DNA of 64,000 bases, from NCBI RefSeq assembly GCF_013122565.1, contig NZ_CP053258.1, one strand, 5' to 3'. Under the pieces are notes generated by a model that worked only from the letters and a program-made list of their open reading frames with translations, did no database searches and was not told the DNA's origin. This DNA is from Escherichia coli. Lineage in GTDB: Bacteria; Pseudomonadota; Gammaproteobacteria; Enterobacterales; Enterobacteriaceae. A program made the translations under genes and the position numbers. How positions within the stretch are numbered: position 1 is the stretch's first letter; every line of letters begins with the position of its first letter. Positions 33,710 through 44,454 of this stretch are shown here, piece by piece.

Positions 33710-35224
33710 TCAGGCATTACCCTGTTTTACCGACGGCAGTTTTGTGACCAGACGCAGTGATCCTGTTAACCCTTCAAGCTGAAAATGCGGGCGCAGGAAG
33801 AATTTGGCATCGTAATAACCCGGATTACCTTCCACCTCTTCCACCACCACTTCGGCTGCTGCTAGTGGGCGACGAGCTTTGGTTTCCTGTGAGGAGTTCA
33901 CCGGATCGGCATCGACGTAGTTCATGATCCACTCATTGAGCCAGCGCTGCATATCTTCACGCTCTTTGAACGAGCCGATCTTGTCGCGCACGATACATTT
34001 GAGGAAGTGCGCAAACCGTGAACAGGCGAAAAGATATGGCAAACGAGCTGAGAGATTAGCGTTGGCCGTAGCGTCCGGATCGTAATATTCCTGCGGTTTT
34101 TGCAGCGACTGTGCGCCAATAAAGGCGGCATAATCGGAGTTTTTGCGGTGGATCAGCGGGATAAAACCGTTTTTGGCCAGTTCAGCTTCACGGCGATCAG
34201 AGATGGCAATTTCCGTCGGGCATTTCATATCCACGCCGCCGTCATCGGTCGGGAAGGTATGACAGGGTAGATTTTCCACCGCGCCACCAGATTCAACACC
34301 ACGGATCAACGTACACCAACCGTAATGTTTGAAAGAACGGTTGATATTTACACCCATTGCATAGGCGGCATTGCTCCAGACATATTTGCTGTGATCTGCG
34401 CCATCCGCATCTTCTTCAAAATCAAACTCATCTACAGGGTTTGTTTTCGCACCATAAGGCAAACGGGAGAGGAAACGTGGCATCGTCAGGCCAATGTAGC
34501 GAGAATCCTCACTTTTCCGCAGCGAGTTCCACGGTGCGTATTCGAGGTTTTGGGTCACAATTTTGGTCAAATCACGCGGGTTAGCCAGTTCCTGCCAGGA
34601 GTCCATCTGCAACACTGACGGAGAGGCCCCGGCAATAAACGGCGCATGGGCTGAGGCTGCTACTTTGGCAATGGAACCGAGCAGATCCACATCCGGTGGC
34701 GTGTGATCAAAATAATAATCCGCAATAATACAACCGTAAGGTTCTCCACCTAACTGTCCATATTCAGCTTCATACAGCTTTTTGAACATGGGGCTTTGAT
34801 CCCAGGCTATCCCTTTGTAACGTTTCATATTTTTCCGCAATTCATCCTTCGAAAGGTTCATAAAGCGGATTTTTAATTTTTCATCGGTTTCAGTGTTGTA
34901 AACCAAATGTTCCATCCCACGCCAGGAGGACTCCAGTTTCTGAAATTCCGGATGACTCAGGATGAGTTTGATCTGCTCGGTTAATTTGAAATCAATCTGC
35001 TCAATAATCGCAGCAATACTTTTATAAGCGTCGTCACTGACGGTGACGGTATTTGTCAGAGCCTGTTGGGCCAGCGTCTGAACTGCTGCCTCAACAGCCT
35101 TTGCTGCCTGAGGTGTCTTGGGACGGAAGGCTTTATCCAGGAGCGAATCAAATTCAGTGTCCTGATAGGCAGTGGTTTGCGCAGCAGAGAGATCGCCAGT
35201 CGCCAGAAGAGTATCGTTTACCAT
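33710..35224 (-). CDS. tssC: T6SS sheath large subunit TssC (VipB)
   Basis: 504 aa; conserved TssC sequence. Confidence 0.92.
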   Translation of the reverse strand: MVNDTLLATGDLSAAQTTAYQDTEFDSLLDKAFRPKTPQAAKAVEAAVQTLAQQALTNTVTVSDDAYKSIAAIIEQIDFKLTEQIKLILSHPEFQKLESSWRGMEHLVYNTETDEKLKIRFMNLSKDELRKNMKRYKGIAWDQSPMFKKLYEAEYGQLGGEPYGCIIADYYFDHTPPDVDLLGSIAKVAASAHAPFIAGASPSVLQMDSWQELANPRDLTKIVTQNLEYAPWNSLRKSEDSRYIGLTMPRFLSRLPYGAKTNPVDEFDFEEDADGADHSKYVWSNAAYAMGVNINRSFKHYGWCTLIRGVESGGAVENLPCHTFPTDDGGVDMKCPTEIAISDRREAELAKNGFIPLIHRKNSDYAAFIGAQSLQKPQEYYDPDATANANLSARLPYLFACSRFAHFLKCIVRDKIGSFKEREDMQRWLNEWIMNYVDADPVNSSQETKARRPLAAAEVVVEEVEGNPGYYDAKFFLRPHFQLEGLTGSLRLVTKLPSVKQGNA

Positions 35225-35248
35225 GAAAGTTCCTTAATAAAATCGCAG

Positions 35249-35794
35249 TTAGTCTGCTGTTCCCGTTTCACCTGATAAGACACTTTCCTGTTGAGCGACA
35301 GGTTTTGGCGCACTGGCCAGAGCTTTCAGTAACGTAGGGTCTTGTAATAGTTTGTTGATAAGATTTTCTGCTCCCGCTTTACCATCCATATACGTTTGTA
35401 GGTTGGCAAGCTGAGTACGCGCTTCCAGCAGCTGGTTCAGGGCATCCACCTTACGGGCAATCTGCGCAGGCGAAAAATCGTCCATATTCTCCAGCGTGAT
35501 ATCGACCATTAACTGCCCTTCGCCCGTCAGCGTATTGGGGACAGCAAACGCCACGCGCGGCGCAATGGCTTTCATCCGCTCGTTGAAGTTATCGATATCA
35601 ATATCAAGGAATTTACGATCGGTGACCGGTGGCAGCTCTTCGCGAGGTTTACCGGCCAGATCGGCCAGCACCGCCATGACAAACGGCAGTTCGATTTTTT
35701 TCTCGGAGCCGTAAATCTCAACGTCATACTCAATCTGCACGCGGGGCGCACGGTTGCGGGCAATAAACTTCTGCGCGCTATTGTTGATAGCCAT
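35249..35794 (-). CDS. tssB: T6SS sheath small subunit TssB (VipA)
   Basis: 181 aa; ...APRVQIEYDVEIYGSEKKIELPFVMAVLADL typical of TssB. Confidence 0.92.
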   Translation of the reverse strand: MAINNSAQKFIARNRAPRVQIEYDVEIYGSEKKIELPFVMAVLADLAGKPREELPPVTDRKFLDIDIDNFNERMKAIAPRVAFAVPNTLTGEGQLMVDITLENMDDFSPAQIARKVDALNQLLEARTQLANLQTYMDGKAGAENLINKLLQDPTLLKALASAPKPVAQQESVLSGETGTAD

Positions 35795-35855
35795 AATCCT
35801 TCATTTCCTTATCAGTCAGCCGACGACCACCTGGGGAGTGGCCCGACGGTACAGT

Positions 35856-36146
35856 TTAAAAATCATACGCAGAGAGTATTTTTATAATCTCTTTGTTTTC
35901 TTTGTACTTTTCCCGCAGCACAGGGAGTGATTTCTTCGCTGGAGGACACCAGGTATCAACCCCCTTTTCGATGTCTCTTTTATCCTTCTCTGGTAAAGAA
36001 CTGTCCCATTCACCAGCAAGATGCTGGCACATTTCCGCATTACTCAGAAAATGCTGCACATCCTGTGGTAAAGACGGTTCCCCCTGAGCACAGAAAGCGA
36101 ACATCATTAACAGGAATGTCCACAACACCGGATAACGAAATGTCAT
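35856..36146 (-). CDS. small secreted protein of unknown function
   Basis: 96 aa with signal peptide; between clpV and tssB. Confidence 0.4.
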   Translation of the reverse strand: MTFRYPVLWTFLLMMFAFCAQGEPSLPQDVQHFLSNAEMCQHLAGEWDSSLPEKDKRDIEKGVDTWCPPAKKSLPVLREKYKENKEIIKILSAYDF

Positions 36147-36364
36147 ACTTAATGTCCATCAATTGACCAGTGCATGAGATATGCTCTAGCGGGAGGGCGA
36201 TATGTTGCAGAGATACTGACCCTTGCACGCGCATTACCAAGCGCGCGCAAAAAATTATCTACCGATACACGAAAAGTCCCCTGCAAATCATTGGTGGAAG
36301 AACTTCCAGGAAAGCGACTGACCCACAGCGCGCCACTTAATTCTTTTTCCATAAGGATGCTCCA

Positions 36365-38998
36365 TTAATCCGTTTCAAAAATAATCTGTTCATCCTCATC
36401 AACACGAATGCGGATTTGCGTGATGGCCGTTTTCTCTGTCATCGCCTGCAACCAGTAACGGGACAGTTGTGGGAGGATATGTTGTTCGATATAGCCGATG
36501 AGCAAACGAGCGCCGGTTTCGTGCATCGGGCAGCGCGACACAATATGCGTAATCAATTCATCGCCATACACCAGTGAAACGCCATGCTGCTCCGCCATCC
36601 GATCCATCAATCTGCCAAGATGCAGGCGGGCAATAACACCACGCGCGGTCTCATCCAGCGGTAAATAAGGAATAACCGTCACACGCCCCAGGAAAGCCGC
36701 CGGGAAGTGTTTACGTAACTCCGGCATTAACGCCTCTTTTAATCCTGCCGAATCAGGCATCAGCGCCGGATCCTCACAGAGCTGGCTGATAAGTTCCGCT
36801 CCCGCGTTAGTAGTCAACAACAGCGTGGTATTTTTGAAATCGATGTGGACACCTTCGCCATCTTCCATCGCCCCCTTATCAAACACCTGGAAGAACAGCT
36901 CGTGGACGTCGTGATGGGCTTTTTCAATTTCATCCAGCAATACCACGCTCCAGGGATGGCGGCGTACCGCTTCTGTCAACACGCCGCCTTCGCCATAACC
37001 CACGTAGCCGGGCGGTGCGCCTTTCAGCGTGGAAACGGTGTGGGACTCCTGAAACTCGCTCATGTTGATGGTGATCAGGTTCTGCTCACCGCCATAGATA
37101 GCCTCTGCCAGCGCCAGAGCGGTCTCAGTCTTGCCAACACCGGACGGCCCGGCCAGCAAAAAGACGCCCACAGGCTTACGCGGGTCACCTAAACCCGCCC
37201 GCGCGGTCTGGATACGCTCGCCAATCTGCGCCAGCGCGTCCCTCTGCCCGGTAACACGCTGCGCCAGACGGGCGGGCAGTTCCAGGATCTGACTGGCCTC
37301 ATCTTTCACCATGCGTCCGGCGGGAATACCGGTCCAGTCGGAGACAATCTCTGCCACCACGGTTGCACTGACTTCCGGGTACACGACGGGGTTTTCACCC
37401 TGCCAACCTCTTAATGCCGTTTCTGCCTGTTGTAGAGTGATTTCGTCGCGCTCGCCGGGCTCTGCGCCGCGTTGCTCGTGTAAACTGCGAACCAACTCCA
37501 GTTCCTGCTGCCACCGCGCTTCGGTGTCAGAAAGATCGGCATTCAGCGATATAATCCGCGCCGCCAGTACATCGCCCCGCTCCGAGCGGATACCCATTTT
37601 TTCCTGCTTTAATAACAACTCCTGCTCCAGTTCGGCAGCGTTGAGCTGCTGGCGCAGATACTGGACTCTCGCAGGCGGGGTATGCAGCGACAGCGCTACA
37701 CGGGCCGCCGCCGTATCCAGCAGGCTGATGGCCTTATCCGGTAGTTGCCGGGACGGAATGTACCGGTGAGAAAGCTGTACCGCGGCGCGCACGGCCTCAT
37801 CAAGGATCAGGACGTCATGGTGTTTTTCAAGCGTGGTGACTAACCCGCGTACCATCTCAACAGCCGCAACCTCTTCTGGCTCAGCAACCTGCAATACCTG
37901 AAAACGCCGGGTCAGCGCCGGATCCTTTTCGATATGGCGTTTGTACTCGCTCCAGGTAGTTGCGCCGATGGTGCGCAGGGTTCCACGCGCCAGCGCCGGT
38001 TTCAGCAGGTTGGCAGCATCCCCCGTACCGGATGTACCACCAGCGCCCACCAGCGTGTGAACTTCATCAACAAAAAGGATCACCGGCTGCGGCGAGCGCG
38101 CGGCCTCTTCCAACAACGCTTTCAGGCGGGATTCAAATTCACCCTTCATGGACGCCCCTGCCAGCAGCGCTCCAACATCCAGTGACAGCAACCGCACGTT
38201 ACGCAGTGAAGGCGGTACTTCCCCCCCGGCAATCGCCAGCGCGAATCCTTCCACCACTGCCGTTTTCCCGACTCCCGCCTCGCCGGTCAGCAGCGGGTTG
38301 TTCTGGCGACGGCGCAGCAGAATATCCGTCATAGTACGGATCTCGTGTTCGCGACCGGTGACCGGATCGATATTGCCTTCACGGGCCAGCGCAGTCATGT
38401 CCTGGCAGTATTTCGCCAGCGCGGATTTGCTTCCGGTTGATTCGCCGGCAAAGACCTGGCTAGCTTCCCCCGGTACTGCAGAATTTAAATCCGAGCCGTC
38501 ATAAGGCATTTCTGTTAATTCAGGAGATGAAGTGATTAAAGACGGAAGAATATCTAATAGTTCATCTACCGGTAGCTCTGCCAATGGCGCACAAATATTT
38601 TTTAACACCCGACACAATTCTGGCGTGGTTAACCAGGCAAGTAATAACCATCCACTACGAATTTTTTGATCGCCAAAGCGGATACTTGCCAACATCCAGG
38701 CTTTTTCAACAGAAAGATCGATATGATGGGAAAAATCGTTAATTACACTCGCTCCGGCAGGCAATATATTCAATTGCTGAATTAACGCCTTCTCAACATC
38801 AGCAGATGTTATTTGATAATGTCGAAGCACATTGTGAATGTCATTCTCTGGTTGTTGTATTAACTGATGCAACCAATGTGTCAGTTCGACATAAGGATTA
38901 GCGCGTAATTTACAGAACGTTGTCGCAGATTCCAAAGATCTAAACAAAGATTTGGTTAGCTTTCCATATAGTGCACTGCGCGAAACAGGAGTGTCCAT
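36365..38998 (-). CDS. clpV: T6SS AAA+ ATPase ClpV (TssH)
   Basis: 877 aa; two Walker A motifs (GEAGVGKTAVVEG, GPSGVGKTETA); Clp N-domain. Confidence 0.92.
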   Translation of the reverse strand: MDTPVSRSALYGKLTKSLFRSLESATTFCKLRANPYVELTHWLHQLIQQPENDIHNVLRHYQITSADVEKALIQQLNILPAGASVINDFSHHIDLSVEKAWMLASIRFGDQKIRSGWLLLAWLTTPELCRVLKNICAPLAELPVDELLDILPSLITSSPELTEMPYDGSDLNSAVPGEASQVFAGESTGSKSALAKYCQDMTALAREGNIDPVTGREHEIRTMTDILLRRRQNNPLLTGEAGVGKTAVVEGFALAIAGGEVPPSLRNVRLLSLDVGALLAGASMKGEFESRLKALLEEAARSPQPVILFVDEVHTLVGAGGTSGTGDAANLLKPALARGTLRTIGATTWSEYKRHIEKDPALTRRFQVLQVAEPEEVAAVEMVRGLVTTLEKHHDVLILDEAVRAAVQLSHRYIPSRQLPDKAISLLDTAAARVALSLHTPPARVQYLRQQLNAAELEQELLLKQEKMGIRSERGDVLAARIISLNADLSDTEARWQQELELVRSLHEQRGAEPGERDEITLQQAETALRGWQGENPVVYPEVSATVVAEIVSDWTGIPAGRMVKDEASQILELPARLAQRVTGQRDALAQIGERIQTARAGLGDPRKPVGVFLLAGPSGVGKTETALALAEAIYGGEQNLITINMSEFQESHTVSTLKGAPPGYVGYGEGGVLTEAVRRHPWSVVLLDEIEKAHHDVHELFFQVFDKGAMEDGEGVHIDFKNTTLLLTTNAGAELISQLCEDPALMPDSAGLKEALMPELRKHFPAAFLGRVTVIPYLPLDETARGVIARLHLGRLMDRMAEQHGVSLVYGDELITHIVSRCPMHETGARLLIGYIEQHILPQLSRYWLQAMTEKTAITQIRIRVDEDEQIIFETD

Positions 38999-39330
38999 CT
39001 GTTACACCTGATGATGTAAGAACATATAAATGATACATAAACATAACTGTACCGATTAAAACTTCTAATTAATAGAATTATCAAAAAGGCAGAATGAAAC
39101 AATGATGCATATCACAGAACCCAATGTAATATAGCAGGTAGTATCGTTTTTATGGTGATATTCAATAGCGTAAGCCAATTTCATACAAGCCATGAATATA
39201 TTAAATTGAAAATCGCCAATATATATTTCTGTAAAAACTTATATTGATAAAGCAAATTGATCAGCATTGCTTATCTAAAAATTTAGAAAACTTATTCTTT
39301 TGAAAGAAACACTCTACACAGTGATACACA
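38999..39330. promoter_or_regulatory. AT-rich divergent intergenic region between the two T6SS operons
   Basis: 332 bp non-coding; contains imperfect palindrome aagcaaattgatcagcattgctt centred on a GATC site. Confidence 0.4.
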
Positions 39331-40245
39331 ATGAAACAAAATATTACGTGGGGACTCCAAAAAAAACAGGCGCACGGGATCGCCGATAACACAATTTACG
39401 CGACTGAAGGAACACAAATTATCTTTACCGTTACCTCTCCCTGGATTCCTGTTTTTGAGGTGAATGATGATGTAAAGATTGCCCTCAGTCTGACCCGCCA
39501 CGAAGAAGCATGGTGGATTATTAATCAGTCTACCGAATATTGCTGTACGGTAAACGACCAGATTGTGGAACCTCATCACCGTATGCGTCTGAATGAAGGC
39601 GATCAGATAGAATGGGGGTTATCTTCATGGTGCCTTGTGCATGGCACCCCATCATCTCCGGACATGAGCGCAGTAAAAACAATATCGCAGACTGCCATCA
39701 CGTCGGAAACAATAACCGAATATCTGGATCTGGATTGGTTCAGGCAGCAGCATCTGACATCACAAAATCCATTCGATATCATTCCTGTTCATGGAGCCTC
39801 CTCCACCGGAGAAGATGCGGAAAAAGAAAATGCCCTGACCCGACTTTATCAGGAATACCGCGAGGCGTTGTTATCTCCCGAAGAAGATCTTCATCGCCAT
39901 GCTGATCCTTTTCCCTTTAACGAAGAGCCCTCCTCGCAGGATCTGGATTCATTGCGTGACCTGGTCACCGAAGCCGATACATTGCAGGATATGGTCACTG
40001 GTGGGTTAAGCATTGACGCTATTCTCAATGTACTGGATGCCACCGGCGAAGATGAAACTATCTGGCCTGTCGAAAAGACTCCCCCTGATATCCTGCATTT
40101 ACTTTCCCCGGAATACGCCCCGGAAACAGCGCATAACACCGTACTGCCAGATCTGACACGCAAAGAGCACCGCATTATCGGCATTGACAGCCATTACCGG
40201 ATAAACCCGGCACAACACGGAGATATCTCTCATGACAAACAATAA
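39331..40245 (+). CDS. FHA-domain T6SS-associated protein (TagH-like)
   Basis: 304 aa; N-terminal FHA-like signature (SLTRHEEAWWIIN, STEYCCTVNDQ, RLNEGDQIEWG); first gene of the + operon. Confidence 0.55.
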   Translation: MKQNITWGLQKKQAHGIADNTIYATEGTQIIFTVTSPWIPVFEVNDDVKIALSLTRHEEAWWIINQSTEYCCTVNDQIVEPHHRMRLNEGDQIEWGLSSWCLVHGTPSSPDMSAVKTISQTAITSETITEYLDLDWFRQQHLTSQNPFDIIPVHGASSTGEDAEKENALTRLYQEYREALLSPEEDLHRHADPFPFNEEPSSQDLDSLRDLVTEADTLQDMVTGGLSIDAILNVLDATGEDETIWPVEKTPPDILHLLSPEYAPETAHNTVLPDLTRKEHRIIGIDSHYRINPAQHGDISHDKQ

Positions 40246-41062
40246 CGTGCTACCGGCTACCCTGTCGGCGCTGCTGCGGGATTATTCCGTGGCGGAGGGC
40301 ATTCAGATGGCAGAGCAGCAGGTCAGGATGCACCCAGCGCAGGCCTCCCGCCGCCACAGCCTGTTTCAGTTACTGTGCGTGGCAGGCGACTGGTCGCGGG
40401 CGCTGCAACAGATCCAGCTGTGCGACCGGATGGACGCAAATTATACCCGCGAAGCGCAGGTATTTGGCGAGCTGATCCGCTGTGAGATATACCGCCACGC
40501 CTGCTTTCAGGGGGAACAGCGGCCCGGTTTTATTCTCCCGCCGCCCGCCTGGATGGAGGATCTACTGGCTGCTCTCGCCTGTAACGCCCGTAGTGAAGCG
40601 CAGGAAGCTGATGTCCACCGCAGCCGCGCGCTTGAGGCCATAACAGACACTTCTGGGCAGTGGAATGGCGGCGCGTTTGACTGGATTAGCGACAGCGACT
40701 CCCGTACCGGTCCGGTACTCGAACTGATCGCAGGCGGGGTGTATATCTGGCTGCCATTCTCACAAATTCGCTCACTGAAATCGCCGCAGCCTGCGCATCT
40801 GACCGATTTGCTCTGGAAACCCGTCAACGTCACCCTGCACAACGGTGACACGCACAGTGCCTGGCTGTTTCCCCGCTACAGCGGCTCTGAAAAGGCCGCC
40901 GACTCCCTGCGTCTGTGCCGGGAAACGGTCTGGCAGGACGGGCCGGGAGAGACGCTGGTACAGGCGCTGGGTCAGAGGGTGTGGCTCACCAGCCAGGGCG
41001 ATATCAGCCTGCTGGATTTGTCCACCTGTACCTTTAATACCTCCGAAGGAAGCGACGCGTGA
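40232..41062 (+). CDS. tagJ: T6SS accessory protein TagJ (ImpE family)
   Basis: 276 aa; position between FHA gene and tssE; ImpE-like. Confidence 0.65.
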   Translation: MTNNNVLPATLSALLRDYSVAEGIQMAEQQVRMHPAQASRRHSLFQLLCVAGDWSRALQQIQLCDRMDANYTREAQVFGELIRCEIYRHACFQGEQRPGFILPPPAWMEDLLAALACNARSEAQEADVHRSRALEAITDTSGQWNGGAFDWISDSDSRTGPVLELIAGGVYIWLPFSQIRSLKSPQPAHLTDLLWKPVNVTLHNGDTHSAWLFPRYSGSEKAADSLRLCRETVWQDGPGETLVQALGQRVWLTSQGDISLLDLSTCTFNTSEGSDA

Positions 41063-41553
41063 GCACCTCCCGCCAGCGTCCGGGCAGCCACCTGCTGCCC
41101 ACACTGTTTGACCGTCTGTGCGATGACGCCCCAGACCAGAAGCGCGACCACGATATCAGCGTCAGCCCGGTTCAGCTTAAGGAGATCATCCGCCGGGACT
41201 TGTCGTTTCTGCTCAACACCGTCAGCCATGAAGATGATATTGATGCCGCACGTTACCCACACGCGGCAGCATCTGTACTGAACTACGGCCTGCCGCCACT
41301 GGCGGGCAGCTTTCTGTATGAACACAAGTGGGACGATATCCGCAGGGCCATTTTGCGTACCATCACCCGGTTTGAACCCCGGCTGAAAGCGTCCACCCTG
41401 CAAATCATCCCACTTCAGGATGAGCGCCGCCAGAGTGGCCATAACACATTACAGTTTGAAATTCGCGGCGAGATCCTCACGCAGCCTTACCCGACGGCAT
41501 TCCGGGTACGCAGCGCGCTGGATATGGAACAAAGCCGCATTACGTTTTTTTAA
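41059..41553 (+). CDS. tssE: T6SS baseplate protein TssE (gp25-like)
   Basis: 164 aa; conserved TssE N-terminal region (LLPTLFDRL, DLSFLLNT). Confidence 0.85.
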   Translation: MSTSRQRPGSHLLPTLFDRLCDDAPDQKRDHDISVSPVQLKEIIRRDLSFLLNTVSHEDDIDAARYPHAAASVLNYGLPPLAGSFLYEHKWDDIRRAILRTITRFEPRLKASTLQIIPLQDERRQSGHNTLQFEIRGEILTQPYPTAFRVRSALDMEQSRITFF

Positions 41554-41568
41554 TTCAGAGAGAAACCG

Positions 41569-43452
41569 ATGGATCCACGGCTACTGGAATACTACAACCG
41601 CGAACTGAGCTATCTGCGGGAAACGGGAGCCGAATTTGCCGCCCGTCATCCCAAAGTCGCCGCCCGGCTGGGCATGCAGGGAACGGATATTGCCGATCCG
41701 TATGTGGAGCGGATGGTCGAAGCCTTCAGCTTCCTGACCGCCCGCACGCAGCTAAAAATTGACGCTGAATTCCCTCGTTTCACCCAGCGCCTGCTGGAAG
41801 TGGTCAGCCCCAATTACGTCACACCCACGCCCTCAATGAGCGTGGCGCAGTTGCATCCCGATACGGAAGAAGGCGATCTGGCAAAAGGATTTACCGTCCC
41901 GCGCGACACGGCCTTTTTCTCCGCCATTCCGGAAGGCGAAAGCACTGCCTGCCAGTTTCGCAGCAGCCAGGATGTAACGCTGTGGCCGCTCGCCATCGAA
42001 GAGGCGCGACTGACCGCCGCGCCGCCGGATATGCCTGCCCTGCACCGCTACCTGCCGGCCAACATTCACGTCGCCGGGGCGCTGCGTATTACCCTGCGCA
42101 CCTTTGGTGAACTAACGTTCAGTCAGCTTGCCGGACTGGACAGGCTGCCGTTTTATCTCTGCGGCGAGGAGCGTACGGCCTCACACCTGTTCGAACTTCT
42201 ACATACCAGCGCCATCGCGACCCTGGCTGGCATTCCGGGACATTTTGACGGCGCGTTGGATGTGAATCTGCAACAGCCCGTTATGTACGAAGGCCTGGAG
42301 CCGGATCAGGGGCTGCTGCCGCTGGCGTGGAACGTGTTTCACGGTCATAACCTGCTGCATGAATATTTTGCCTGTCCGGAACGCTTCTATTTTTTCACCC
42401 CGACAGGCCTGTCTGCCGGATTACAGAAAATTGACGGTGGCGTGGCGGAGATTGTTATCCTGCTGAACCGCCTGCCGCCGGACTGGCTGATCCACCAGAC
42501 AAATACGGCACAGTTCAGCCTGTTCTGTACCCCGGTTATCAACCTGTTTCCCCGCGTCACCGCCCGGATCGATGTCACGCACAGCACGACGGAACAGCAT
42601 CTGGTGGTGGACAGAACCCATCCGCTGGATTATGAGGTGTTCTCGGTCCAGGAAGTGGAAGGGCTGGAAACCGACACCACACGGAAGATGGCCTTTCGCC
42701 CGCTCTACCACACCCGCAATAACGATGAAGGCAATCACGGGCGTTATTTTTCCCTGCGCCGGGAGCCGCGCCGCTTATCAGAAAACGCCCGCCGTTACGG
42801 TACCCGTACTCCCTATACGGGATCAGAAGTGTTCCTGTCGCTGGTTGACCAGTATGAAGCGCCGTACCCGGAAAATCTGCGCCACATCACCATCACGGCC
42901 ATGATCACTAACCGCGATCTGCCCTGTCTTATTGCCCGCAATGGCCGGGACGATCTAACCGTGGATGCGGCCATCCCGGTGGCGGGCGTAGGGCTTATCC
43001 GCCCGCCACGCTCGCCGCAGCCCCCGCTGGCTGAACGTGAGATGGCATGGCGGTTGATCCGCCAGTTATCTTTTAATTATCTGCCGCTGGCCGATCTGGA
43101 TCACCGTACCGGCGGCCAGGCGTTGCGAGATCTGCTGAACCTGTTTATTCCTGCTCATGACAGTCCGCAATCGCGCCAGGTGCGCAGCCTGATTGGTTGT
43201 AAAACGACCCCGGTCACCCGCCGTCTGCCCGGTTCCGGACTACTGGTCTATGGGCGTGGCGTCAGTTGTGAACTGACGGTGGATGAAGAAGGTTTTTCCG
43301 GCATCAGTCCGTATCTGTTCGGCCTGGTGCTGGAACACTATATCGCCCGCCATGTTTCCATTAATACCTTCTCGCAGATGACGCTGCACAGCATGCAGCG
43401 TGGCAAAATTATGACCTGGCCTGTCAGGGCGGGACAGCGGGGAAGCGTATGA
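41569..43452 (+). CDS. tssF: T6SS baseplate protein TssF
   Basis: 627 aa; N-terminus MDPRLLEYYNRELSYLRETGAEFAARHPKVAARLG typical of TssF. Confidence 0.9.
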   Translation: MDPRLLEYYNRELSYLRETGAEFAARHPKVAARLGMQGTDIADPYVERMVEAFSFLTARTQLKIDAEFPRFTQRLLEVVSPNYVTPTPSMSVAQLHPDTEEGDLAKGFTVPRDTAFFSAIPEGESTACQFRSSQDVTLWPLAIEEARLTAAPPDMPALHRYLPANIHVAGALRITLRTFGELTFSQLAGLDRLPFYLCGEERTASHLFELLHTSAIATLAGIPGHFDGALDVNLQQPVMYEGLEPDQGLLPLAWNVFHGHNLLHEYFACPERFYFFTPTGLSAGLQKIDGGVAEIVILLNRLPPDWLIHQTNTAQFSLFCTPVINLFPRVTARIDVTHSTTEQHLVVDRTHPLDYEVFSVQEVEGLETDTTRKMAFRPLYHTRNNDEGNHGRYFSLRREPRRLSENARRYGTRTPYTGSEVFLSLVDQYEAPYPENLRHITITAMITNRDLPCLIARNGRDDLTVDAAIPVAGVGLIRPPRSPQPPLAEREMAWRLIRQLSFNYLPLADLDHRTGGQALRDLLNLFIPAHDSPQSRQVRSLIGCKTTPVTRRLPGSGLLVYGRGVSCELTVDEEGFSGISPYLFGLVLEHYIARHVSINTFSQMTLHSMQRGKIMTWPVRAGQRGSV

Positions 43453-44444
43453 GCAACGATTTCACTCAGGCGCAGGAAACCCCCTGGCGTTACGGTTTTC
43501 TGAACCTGATGCGCCGCGTTGATGTGCAGTTGTGTACCGTTCCGGCGGACAACACCTGGCAACCACGGATGGAAAAATTTCGCCTCGGACAAACGCCCAC
43601 GCTGACCTTTGCGCCACGGGAAATCGCCAGTGTGAGCTGGCAGGAAGGACGCCTGCATATCAGCCTGTACAGTCTCGGGCTGTGGGGGCCGAACGGTCCG
43701 TTGCCGCTGCACTACACCGAACTGGCGCGCAACCGGACCGAAAGCCGACGCGATCCGACGCTGACCCGTTTTTCCGATCTTTTTCATCACCGCTGGCTGA
43801 CGCAGTTTTACCAGGCATGGCGCAGCGCCCAGTCAGCCGGGGGCGGTCTGGATAAACCGCAGCATGACCGCTTTGCCTTTTATATCGCCAGCCTCAGCGG
43901 GCAGGATTTAAGGGAGAGCGCCGACAGCCCGTTGCCGGATCACGTTCGCCTGGCGGCATCGGCGCATCTGGTGCGTGAGTCCCGCAATCCGGACGGTCTG
44001 GCCGCCACGCTGGCGCACTATTTTGGCGTACCTTTCCGGATACAGGAGTATGTCCTGCACTGGATAGCCGTGGCGGAGGATGAGATCACCCGGCTGGGGA
44101 TGCCTGCCCCCTCTTCCGTTATTGGCAATGGTGCACTCATCGGCCAGGCCGTGCCGGACATGCAGTATAAGTTCCGGCTGGTTATCGGCCCGCTGACGCT
44201 GGAGGATTACCGACGTTTTCTGCCTGGCGGCAATAACCTGCCCGTCCTGACAGAACTGGTCCGCGCCTTTAGTGGTTTTGAATACTGCTGGGAAATTGAG
44301 CTACAACTAAAGCCCCACGCCGCCCCTCCGGCTGTTACCGGTGGTCCGTACCAACTGGGTTGGACCGCATGGGCGGGTAAAGCCATGCACGACAACCCGG
44401 TGACGGGCATGATTTTCGAACCAGAACACTACCTGGCGCACTGA
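43449..44444 (+). CDS. tssG: T6SS baseplate protein TssG
   Basis: 331 aa; overlaps tssF stop; typical TssG. Confidence 0.85.
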   Translation: MSNDFTQAQETPWRYGFLNLMRRVDVQLCTVPADNTWQPRMEKFRLGQTPTLTFAPREIASVSWQEGRLHISLYSLGLWGPNGPLPLHYTELARNRTESRRDPTLTRFSDLFHHRWLTQFYQAWRSAQSAGGGLDKPQHDRFAFYIASLSGQDLRESADSPLPDHVRLAASAHLVRESRNPDGLAATLAHYFGVPFRIQEYVLHWIAVAEDEITRLGMPAPSSVIGNGALIGQAVPDMQYKFRLVIGPLTLEDYRRFLPGGNNLPVLTELVRAFSGFEYCWEIELQLKPHAAPPAVTGGPYQLGWTAWAGKAMHDNPVTGMIFEPEHYLAH

Positions 44445-44454
44445 GGATAATTAA

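Noticed and set aside
36149-36352. 67 aa ORF in the clpV-downstream spacer
   Set aside because: No RBS or recognizable features; likely non-coding intergenic sequence
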